Shown here piece after piece: positions 54,096 through 64,000 of a stretch of DNA of 64,000 bases. The notes beneath the pieces were generated by a model. The model did no database searches. It was not told the DNA's origin and was given only the letters and a program-made list of their open reading frames with translations. Positions within the stretch are counted from its first letter, which is position 1; every line of letters begins with the position of its first letter. The stretch spans positions 56,854,001 through 56,918,000 of the forward strand of contig OZ024746.1 of assembly GCA_964016885.1 (NCBI GenBank), in the 5' to 3' direction. The translations under genes and the position numbers were made by a program. The DNA is from Eledone cirrhosa (Eukaryota).

Positions 54096-54527
54096 TAAAC
54101 GGAATAGAAAATGCTGACAAATTGTTCACAGTTGAAAAATGGTTTAATTAGGAATAAAAGAGTATTAGTGATTGTATGGGTTAGTATTCAGTTGTGGTTT
54201 TAAGTTTTTAAGTTTTTACCGGTTGCGCATTTCTAAATGCTTTTCAAAAATAATTTTGAGAGAGAGTGTCCGTGCTGTTTGCTCTCATCAGAGCAAACAG
54301 CACGGACACTCTATCTCAAAATTATTTTTGAAAAGCATTTAGAAATGCGCAACCGGTAAAAACTTAAAAACTTAAAACCACAACTGAATACTAACCCATA
54401 CAATCACTAATACTCTTTTATTCCTAATTAAACCATTTTTCAACTGTGAACAATTTGTCAGCATTTTCTATTCCGTTTACCAATATATAATAACTTGTGT
54501 GTTACACCTCTATTCTTTTAACTCTAT
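54090..54527. repeat. Foldback of the Neptune-like 3' tail (~195-bp arms, 4-nt loop)
   Basis: Centre GTTTGCTCT-CATC-AGAGCAAAC; almost identical to 32338-32781. Confidence 0.93.
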
Positions 54528-55017
54528 ATATATATATATATATACATATATATATGTATATGCTTGTAAGTTATGTGTCTAGAACCGCTGCAGGTAGCGC
54601 GGCGTTCGAGGCACTCGATGCTATTACTGGGTCCGTTTCGTTTCGATTGGATTCCAGAGATAGGGCTGTAGACGGCAGTGTCTAAATATATTCAGAGAAT
54701 CGAAGACAGTATTGCAGCATATGTGCAAACTTTATTTGCACATCATAATTTTTTAGATATCGATCAGCTCAGGGCACATACAATAATTGTTTTGATATCG
54801 ATTAGATCGGGATCAACATGAAAACAAGGTGAAAGGAACCCACTCTTTATCGACATCTCGTCAGATATTCAAGTTTTGCTCATATAAGCTGACAATTTTG
54901 AAGAGATTTCGAAAAAGAGTAGGCTCCAGTTCCGAAGGAGAAGCAAAGGAAATAAGAGTGCTCTATGTATAATAGAGAGCTATTTAATTAGAAACTAATC
55001 ATCACAATATAAATACT

Positions 55018-55081
55018 CCATTACCAAAGGTTTCAGGACCCTAGACTATATTAACATACGTCTATTTCGCTCATCAGATGA
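55018..55081 (-). ncRNA. Hammerhead motif
   Basis: UCAU CUGAUGA [36 nt including UAGAC/GUCUA hairpin] GAAAC C-UUU-G GUA^ AUGG. Confidence 0.7.
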
Positions 55082-55111
55082 AACGTTATATATATATATA
55101 TATATATATAT

Positions 55112-55195
55112 CCACCACCCCACTCTCAAGAGCGTGAAACTAATAAACCTTTATTCGAACTGCCTCTCTGTTTTGTTCCCGTTCAATTTTTTACT
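55112..55195 (+). repeat. Solo ~80-bp tail of the PLE at 3688-5632
   Basis: Reverse complement of 3688-3774; (TA)n on both sides. Confidence 0.88.
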
Positions 55196-56497
55196 ATATA
55201 TATATATATATATATTCATTATTTCATATTTTCCCCAACTTAAAGGTGGTTTATATCGTGATGACTGTCCTCTTCTATCTACTAATCTCAGCCCATCGGA
55301 AATTGAAATAAATAAAAAACCTATTATAACTTTCCTCAAAGACTATTATAATCTCACTATTACATTTGAAAACACCAGTAAAATAGTAAATTTCCTAGAT
55401 ATAACTATGGACCTATCTACAGGTATCTACCAACCTTACCCTAAATCTAACCAAAACTTGCATTACATAAACTCACAATCTAATCACCTTAAATCTATCC
55501 TTAGAAACCTAGCATATAATATCTCACTCAGAATCTTTAAACTTTCATCAAATTTTGATGTATAAGCGGCCATAAGAATAAATTAGTCTATACACCTTGC
55601 ACCAATAATATTTCAAACATAAACGTAATATTACCAATAAACACCAAATGAAAAACCCACACCTATACGCTACTCATACTACACCTAAAAACACCAACCG
55701 AACTTAATTTCTCTACTTCTTCTCACATAAAATATAATGACTTTCAGAAAACCATTCATCCTAAAACTCTTACATACGTTAACAACATAACTAACAAAAA
55801 TTCTAGTAATCAGACTAAAACATCAATTAATCTAACTAAACCTATATATAATAAAACCATTAATAGTAACTCTCTCAGTAAACCTCCAGATATATAATAT
55901 AAATGTAAGAAACAATGTCGAAACCGTAATAGACGGGTTACTTGGTATAATGCTCCATTTAATCTACAGATTAAAGACCATATCCCTAAAAATTATTTGA
56001 TGTCCTAGCGAAATATTTCCCACTAAACCATGAATACCATCAAATTTTAAATAGATCTGCTGTCAAATTTTCCTACTCCACTATCAAGAATATACAACAG
56101 AATATAAATGCGTACAACACATATAAGTGTAAAAAACCCCATAAATATACCACCAACATATCAAACCAACCACAATAATACTAAAGTAAACCTAAATAAA
56201 CCATCTTCTTCTTCACCTATAATAGGTCCCGTAAACTCTACAGCAACTTTGATGAATAATCTCCAAAACAAACAGAGTTCTACTAGCTCCCCATCCCCTA
56301 AACTATCACCCACCAACAACCTGTCTAACCGTACTAATCTAATTACAACCAATTATAAACGATACATTAATGAAAATAGTAACACTAATACCACTATAGA
56401 TAACACAATTAACTCTACTTGCACAATATTTACGAATGGATGTAACTGTAGAATGAAAAGAAATTCCCCATTAAAGGGAAATTGTATCATTAATAAT

Positions 56498-56673
56498 TGT
56501 TTCTACTTTTGGCTCAAGGCCAGCATTTACACAGTGCATTACTGGTACTTTATTTTATCGACCCCGTAAGGATAAAAGGCAAAGTTAACCTCGGCGAGAT
56601 TTGAACTCTGAATGGCAAGGGCCGTAACTCTATGCGTCAAAGCATGGCTCCGACCCTCTACCGATACTGCGAA
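56498..56673 (-). mobile_element. SINE inserted in the PLE GIY-YIG region, 9-bp TSD
   Basis: ATTAATAAT at 56489-56497 and 56674-56682; removing the SINE rejoins GNCIINNIVYKC. Confidence 0.92.
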
Positions 56674-57246
56674 ATTAATAATATAGTCTATAAATGTGTA
56701 GTTAGTACTAAGGACTCCACTCGATCCTATATAGGAGCTACGTATAACCAATTTAAAGTAAGATTTAATACCCACTAACATAGTTTTAAAAATGCCGCAT
56801 TAGCTAATACAACCTCCTTGGCTGAAGCAATTCATAAGTATAGAAAGAAGGATATTGATTACAACCTGACCTGGAGCGTGCTCAAAAGGGCCACTCCTCA
56901 TCAAAATAGAGGATATGAGTGTAGGTTATGCTCCCAAGAACTATTTGAAATCATTAAATCTAATGATATCCTAATAAATAAGCGACAGGAATTTATTATA
57001 TCATGCAATCATAGAATTAGAAAAAACCTTCAAATACTATAAACTTATTTAATATATACCTCACTCTTATATTTTACAAATTATTATCATTACTTATTTT
57101 TAAATTGTTTTAATTTAGTTTACATATAATTAAATATTCACTACAAAGAATTTCATAATTTTATTTCCCTCTTGCAGCTCACTTTACCTAGAGTTATCTT
57201 TAACCTCACTGCTTCTTTTAACCACAGCCCTATCTATCACATTCAC

Positions 57247-58915
57247 CGGGATTGCGGAAAGCGGTGTCAGCTTACGCCGACGACGTAAAAGGAAGATGTC
57301 AACAGCCTCGGAAATCGGGGCGATCGGTACCTTACTGGAGGAGTACGAAAGGTTTACAGGGGCTAAGCTGAACCGGGACAAGTCGATCTGTCTGCAACTC
57401 GGCACGTGGAGGGGCAAATCGACGCCCTCCGATGGCGTCGTCGGGCGCTGGACGGAGGGCCCGGTGAAGTTGCTCGGGGTCTGGTTCGGACCAGACCTCC
57501 AGGTGGAGAAGAACTGGGGTGAGGTAACGAACAGGGTGTTTGCACTGACCCAGAAGTGGGCCGAGTGCGAACTGTCCCTGAAAGGTCGGGCGGAGATGGC
57601 GAACACTTATATAGCGTCCGTCATCTACTACCGCCTGACTGTTGTGCCTTGCCCAAGGGAAACGCTCGCCAAAATGGAGCGCGCATTCTTCCAATTACTT
57701 TGAAAGAAGCGGGCTCGTATGGCGAGGAGATCCATCTACTGTCAACAACCTTCGAAAGGAGGGCTGGGGATGATAAGGCTAATGATACGTAAACACGCAT
57801 TAAGGCGACGGCACCTCCAGGTATTCCACACAGGTCAACCGGTGTGGGCCCCGTTTGTGAGGCGAGCCTTTCCCAGACTCGTCTCACTCACCGAGCTGCA
57901 AGCCTGGGTCAAGCAAAGACCGAGAAAATTGGGCGCTTGGCACACCGAGTGGGCCCAGGCGCTCACGGCTCTCTGGCAGGCGGACCCGGCTGTTAGTGGA
58001 GTATCCACCTCGTCATTCTCTAGAGGGCTGGTGGTTAGCAGGTGCGACGCACCCTCGGAGAAGCCCTAGGCATGGAGGAAGACGAACTGGCCAACCTGTT
58101 CGGTAGGACATTCAGCCCGGGACCCATGGATAACTTCCAGAGGTCCCTGGCCTGGCAGTGCTACAGAAGGGCTCTGCCCGTTCGAGAAAGGCTCTACAGA
58201 CACGGGCGCCCGCGTAGCGACCCCTCGAAAAAGATATGTCCCAGATGCGTGTGCGAGAGGAAACCGTTGCACACGCATTGGTACACTGCTGGGGCATTGC
58301 CGATCTGTGGGGCTATGTCGAACAACTGCTGTCAAGGGTGGGACCGATCCGGTTGACCACCGAGTCTATTGTAACGATCAAGCCGCCTCCCCTCTTCAAA
58401 AACGAAGGAGAGGCGGTGTTTCTGTGCGTAATAGCCATGGCGAAAGAGGTTGTATGGTGGACGCGTCTGAAAGGACTGAGGTCAGACACCTTTCTCTCTG
58501 GCCAACAAATGGTCCGTTTCTTCCGATATCATTTCGGAAGAAGGATCAGGATGGAGAGAGAGGTGCTGCACCCCAGCCGTTTTTATGAAAGATGGGTGAA
58601 AGTGGCAAGAATGGCCCGTGTGAATGGGCATTCACTCTACATCAGACTATAGGTGAGGAAGATGAAAGACCAAGGGAGCACCCCCACTCTGTGCTCCCGA
58701 GGAGAAGGGTTGCACACTTTTTCGGGTGTGTGTGCGATCCCCCAAGGCGCCTCCTCTCTATTGAGGATTTTGTTATAAATTTTATTTTGTTATATTTTAT
58801 TTTATTTTTATATTTTGTTATTGCCTCCTCCTTATTGAGGACGCCTTGTTATGTAAACTCCCCCATTGTACTTGTCCCACTTTTTGATGCCCTGGTTGCA
58901 AATAAAAAGAGAATA
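57247..58915 (+). mobile_element. 5'-truncated Tx1 LINE, second subfamily
   Basis: Starts at VSAYADDV; GPVKLLGVWFGPDLQ, SLAWQCYR and CPRC; frameshifts; AATAAA at ~58901. Confidence 0.93.
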
Positions 58916-59454
58916 CCTATGATTAGTAAATATACTTAATATATTTAATATTATGGTTGTTTAGATAGATACACTACATTTTATAACATTTCATCTATTT
59001 CAGTCTTTCTGTTTTTTACTTCTTTATTCATCACATCCATAAGAATTAATATAATTTTAACTCCGTAAGTATACCTATCAATTAATTTAATTTCCTTTTA
59101 TGTATCTAGGTTCCTTAAAATTTAAACAGTAGTATTTATCACCAAGACTCTCATCCCACAAAATCATTTTCCCTATGCTTTTAACAACATTCTTTAATAA
59201 CATAATTTTTTTTTTTTTGGGGGGGGGGGGATCATTCACTACCTCATTAACTTAACCTCATTTTAACCCCTACCTTTCTCATCCCCATTATTTTCATTCA
59301 AAGCATAAACTTACATTCCTCCACAACCCTAGCATAACGTTTCTACTACGGTTATTCTATCAACTTCACTTCTAACCCTTTTCTATTGGTCAATTCTAAA
59401 CGTGTTCCCAAACAGACTTTTTGTATTAATACTTTCTTTCAATAAATATACTTT

Positions 59455-59585
59455 ATCATTTCTGAAAATGGCATATATAAGTGAAGGTATGTATATCTCC
59501 TCTGATAATTTGTAATATTATTTTACATAGATCGTTAATATGATATACATACACATATATATCCCAGAAACGATCGTAAAATGAT
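59455..59585 (+). ncRNA. Hammerhead motif with 98-nt stem II domain, G8A mutant
   Basis: AUCAUUU CUGAAAA UGG...CCA GAAAC GAUC GUA^ AAAUGAU (7-bp stem I). Confidence 0.72.
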
Positions 59586-60891
59586 GATTTTTTTTAAAAT
59601 ATAAGGAACCTGTTCTTTGTTTTTATTTCATTGTTTTTTATTAATGTGTGTATATATATGTATCTATATATATGGAAAAGCAGTATAATGTACATAGGTA
59701 CAACGGCTCACATTAGCAATTTGAGACTTTGATATACGTGAGCTGTGTAGATGTTTCCTTTTCTGAATATTGAATTTACAGTGACTCCGACATTTTTGAA
59801 ATGGTGCATCTTTTATATTTCCAAATTTCCTAAGTCATTGCTATATTTTTATACACATTATGTATATATATAAACTTCGTTGTTAAAATATATACGAACC
59901 AGAAGGACATTTTGTTCTTCACTTTGTACACAGAAACAAACCCAAAACAAAACGTTTCACTGTTAATATATCTTTCATTATTAGATAAGAGACCTTATGA
60001 TTCTGTTCACAAACTCTGTGCATATCAAACAAACCAAATGTCGAGCAGAGTAAACCAGACTGAGTGTCCCATTCTATTCGACGTTCTGCCAATTTGCCGC
60101 ACATTTATACTTTATATATATATATATATACAATGTAAATGTTCGAAAGAATTTGTGTAAAAATCAAACTCATTATTTATTCAATATTCATGATAATGTT
60201 TTCGGTTTTAAACAATGACACATATCTTTTATCAAAGCATCTAAACCCATTTGTTTTTCACAGACATAAAGCTCTTTCTTAAAAAAAACAAACAAACAAA
60301 CAAAAAACATCATAAATAATTGTACTTTATGAATTAAACTAAACGTCAACATCAACAAATACTTACTCAGTCAATCATATATAACTTGTTGTAAAGAAAC
60401 ATTTACTTGCGGGTGTATGTATATTTCTGGTTTGCTTACAGTTGCAAATCTTAATTGTATAAATGTTTGTATAAATGTATGTCTTTTTCTGTATAACATT
60501 AATTATATTTAATTCGATTATGATGTATTTTCTTATTTAGCTATCTCGACAGTCACATAAAACAGATGTTAAAAATATATTTAGGAACATAAATATAGTT
60601 AACCTATTTGTTCCCATATATAACTTAACGCTGAAAATTAATCAAGAATTTTGACAGATTTAGGAATATAATAAAACTTCCCCATGAATAATCTATTTTA
60701 GGTAACATAACTCAACAACATCTCTTATAAGAAATTATGATGGAGTGTAATGAGATAATAAGAACACCCACAAACAAATTGTTTTTCATCGTAACACAAA
60801 TGTTAGTGATAGACATACAATGTAGACATACAAGGCTGCATTTTCCGTGTACTGCGCGAGAGTGATAACAAGTACGATAAAGGAAACTAAC

Positions 60892-60906
60892 AAAATCATC
60901 CGCCAT
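60892..60906 (-). CDS. Candidate first coding exon (MADDF) of a host gene
   Basis: CAAAATGGCG start/YY1-like context followed directly by a GTTAGT donor-like site, in a repeat-poor stretch. Confidence 0.3.
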
Positions 60907-61194
60907 TTTGTAATGTTATGTAGCTTTTCACTAGAATTTGGAAAATCTTTCAAAATCTCCCGTTGATCAGTAAATTATAATAAAATCGTGGATATTGCAG
61001 CTACAAGCTATATACGAAAATTATCTCCAAAGTACTAATTCACCTATGTAGCATATGGTTAAGAAGCACGGCGTTGATGTATAAAGGTGCGTTTGTAATG
61101 ACTTTGGGTGCACATAAATACTTGTTGTAACATGATAGATTGAATCAGTCATGAGTTATTGCTGTTTATTTAAATACGTACTTATAACCTCTAT

Positions 61195-61420
61195 AATGTT
61201 TGCGATGCAGGAAAATATCGAACGACGGTACGTCATCAAATCTTGTGTGAAACTCAGAAAATCCACATCCGAAACATTTAATTTTTTAATACAAAATTAT
61301 CGTATTATATCTTTCAACATTTCATATGGGAAAAATACTTTTGGGTTTTCGAGAATTTCAGGTGAAGAAGGGTCTCAAGTAACGAATTAAATTCGAGGTT
61401 GCACAAAAACGTTTTGGAAT
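61195..61420 (+). mobile_element. Mariner transposase N-terminal remnant
   Basis: MQENIERRYVIKSCVKLRKSTSETFNFL resembles the EQRxxIKFCxKLGKxxxET HTH start. Confidence 0.65.
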
Positions 61421-62559
61421 AAACACGTATGCAATAATATATACATATAAATTAAATATCTATATATATATATCTAAGCAGATGTACACGTGCCCCTCCC
61501 CATATATATATATATATATTATGCATTTACATATATAGATAAATAGAAATATATACACAGTAAATATGTGTTTGTGTATAGTTAGAAGGGTGCTTCTCTC
61601 TCTGTATAATCAGTTCCTGATTATTACTAGAATCCTATAAGAATCCAACATTCATAATTTTCAGCGGACAGGAGGAGTGGGGAGCTTTGATAAGTACCAA
61701 CAAGTACAAAACAGAGCTCTATAAGCTTATCTCCCCTTGTTTGCTGAAAATAGAATTAAGTGATATTGTCACTACTTTAAAACAATAGCGTAAGGTCTTC
61801 AAAATGCTTTTAATTAAGCATACAGTGTATTGCAAAATACAATATATAAACATAGGGTTTATAACTTGGTTCCCCAGACACCCAATGCTGAATCATCGTT
61901 GATTGTGTGATAGAACTGTAGTCTATATATTGCGTTTCATGGATTGTGTGAGTGGTGGTGTGTACGAAGACAGTGGTGCTGTTTTGCCTCTTTTATATGT
62001 TTTATAATATGTTTGATATTTTTGATATTTTTGGTGTTTCTCTACATTCGGGATTGTATATCGTTTAGGTGTATGCGAAAAAATGATTTAACAAAACGGC
62101 CCACATGATTGCCTGCTTTAACTGCCTGATTCTACAAGTAATAATCTGCCGCACTCTAATCCTGTATAAATAAGACACGCGTGCATGCCACACGTCAGAT
62201 TGTTTCATACACTGACTACTCTAAACTTTCCTCTTGCTTTATCTTCATAAACTGCCAATGTTTTATTTTTATTTTTATTTTTATTTTTATTTTTATTTTT
62301 ATTTTTATTTTTTTATTTTTTTTTATTTTTTATTTTAATTTTTTTTATTTTATTTTTTTTATTATTTTTTTTTTTTTTTATTTTTTTTTTTTTTTATTTT
62401 TTTTTTTATTTTATTTTTTATCCTTTAACCTATATATGTAAATTGCCATGCTAAATCATTATGATGGATGTCAACCCACCGTGGGTCAATATATGCATAT
62501 GTGTTTATATGTCTCTTGTGTTGAAAAGGAGGTCAAGTATGTTATAGATCATTAAATAG

Positions 62560-62608
62560 TTGCTCCGAAGAATCCAAACCTCGGTTTGGAGGAAAGAATT
62601 GTAAGCAA
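62560..62608 (+). ncRNA. Degenerate hammerhead motif (CCGAAGA core)
   Basis: UUGCU CCGAAGA A-UCCAAACC-UC-GGUUUGGA-G GAAAG AAUU GUA^ AGCAA; stem III has a G-G mismatch. Confidence 0.65.
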
Positions 62609-62824
62609 ATAAATGATTTAAACTGAACTTGGATTATTGTAATCCCTATATAACTGCTCTGTAAAACAACTGATGTTATTACATTGAGCTATTTATCTTA
62701 CTGGTAATAAGATAGTAATAAATGACTATCTTTCACTATTTGGGGTTTATATATAAAAATATATAACCATAAAAGGTTTTATTATATACATAACCATAAA
62801 TAGTATCCTTAATACATTCATATG

Positions 62825-62898
<74 letters not shown>

Positions 62899-62905
<7 letters not shown>

Positions 62906-63695
62906 GGGAAAAATGAAAAGAAATTTCATTTCCCACTCTTAGTATGGCTCTGACTTCAATATAAGTATGTACACGTACATACATATATGTATACAGACGT
63001 ACAGTAATATGTATATATATATACATACATGCACACATATATATATGTACGTATGGATTCACCGAACATTTATTATAATGCTCGGTGTGTTTGTAAACGA
63101 ACATACGGGATGTTCGTTTACAAACACACCGAGCATTATTATAATAATGTTCAGTGAATCCATACGTACATATATAAATATATATATATATATGTGTGTT
63201 CATGTATGTATATATATATACATACTACTGTACGTCTGTATACATATATGTATGTACGTGTACATACACATATTTATGTAATAGCCGTACTAAGAGTGGG
63301 TAATTAAATTTCGTTTCATTTTTTCCGTTTATCGTTTTCGGTGCACCCGGCCGATTGGCCCACTCGATATGTAAATTGGGCTACGCAGCCGTTAATATGC
63401 ATAAGGTAAATATATACGTTCAACTGTCTGGCAGGAAGGTATACGTTGCTGACGATAATTAATAAGCTTGAAACTAGTACAGCGTTCCTTTGTTAGTGTT
63501 GAACAAACGAGCAACGATGGTTGCTGGACACTACGGCTTAATACGGGATGTTTGTTTACAACCACACCGAGCATTATAATAAATGTTCGGTGAATCCATA
63601 CGTACATATACATATGTGTGCATGTATGTATATATATATACATACTACTGTACGTCTGTATACATATATGTATGTACGTGTACATACTTATATTT
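62899..63695 (+). mobile_element. Third locus of the 428/466-bp HHR unit family: inverted partial unit plus ~1.3 tandem units
   Basis: 62899-63100 is inverted relative to 63118-63330; homologous to 15023-15860. Confidence 0.87.
63443..63485 (+). ncRNA. Type I hammerhead ribozyme
   Basis: ACGUUG CUGACGA UAAUU-AAUA-AGCUU GAAAC UA GUA^ CAGCGU; stem II is weak in this copy. Confidence 0.8.
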
Positions 63696-63719
63696 ATATA
63701 TATATATATATATTTATAT

Positions 63720-63842
63720 ATATTCATTCAAAATATTAACAAAAATAGAACTTCATTGTGATCAAGTATATTGTATTATGTATAATACAATATACTTGAT
63801 GACAATGAAGTTCTATTTTTGTTAATATTTTGAATGAATATT
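63720..63842. repeat. Near-perfect foldback (~60-bp arms)
   Basis: ATATTCATTCAAAATATTAACAAAAATAGAACTTCATTGT and its reverse complement. Confidence 0.9.
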
Positions 63843-63971
63843 AATAAATCCGGAAAATGTCTAGATGCTGAGTGCTTCCAATCTATTGTAAAACTAAATC
63901 TTTGATTTATGCATCGAACCTTGTTTAACATTTAAATATATATATATATATATATATACATATATATAGTA

Positions 63972-64000
63972 ATAATTGTTTCTACTTTAGGCACAAGACC
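63972..64000 (-). mobile_element. SINE tail, cut by window edge
   Basis: AATAATTGTTTCTACTTTAGGCACAAG. Confidence 0.8.

Larger units (their letters stand above)
55215..59650 (+). mobile_element. Degenerate Penelope-like element (Nematis-like), interrupted by a SINE and a Tx1 LINE
   Basis: GLYRDD, VNFLDITMDL, YINSQSNH, VTWYNAPF, CNCR...PLKGNC, IVYKC..YIGAT, CRLCSQE; many stops; HHR-bearing tail at 59455-59585. Confidence 0.85.

Overview
Eukaryotic, AT-rich, repeat-saturated window, most likely intronic or intergenic. The abundant tRNA-derived SINE and (TA)n landscape resemble an octopod cephalopod, but that is recollection, not a search result. No host protein-coding gene is securely identified; a possible first coding exon (MADDF) lies at ~60.9 kb on the minus strand. 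Retroelements present: a TSD-flanked Tx1/L1-clade LINE whose ORF2 lacks most of its endonuclease, fragments of further Tx1 copies, an R4/Dong-like fragment, RTE and mariner remnants, more than 15 copies of one SINE, and four Penelope-like elements (PLEs) from three apparent clades. The main result is an RNA layer invisible to the ORF track. By eye I find 23 type-I hammerhead ribozyme (HHR) motifs with both core halves, from about 12 sequence families. They occur in (i) ORF-less tandem arrays of 428-466 bp units with covarying stem I (retrozyme-like), (ii) numerous foldback hairpins embedded in (TA)n tracts, and (iii) PLE 3' ends. Many have 45-98 nt stem-II inserts, palindromic stem III, or unusual position-4 bases. 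All folds are manual and coordinates of degenerate elements are approximate.
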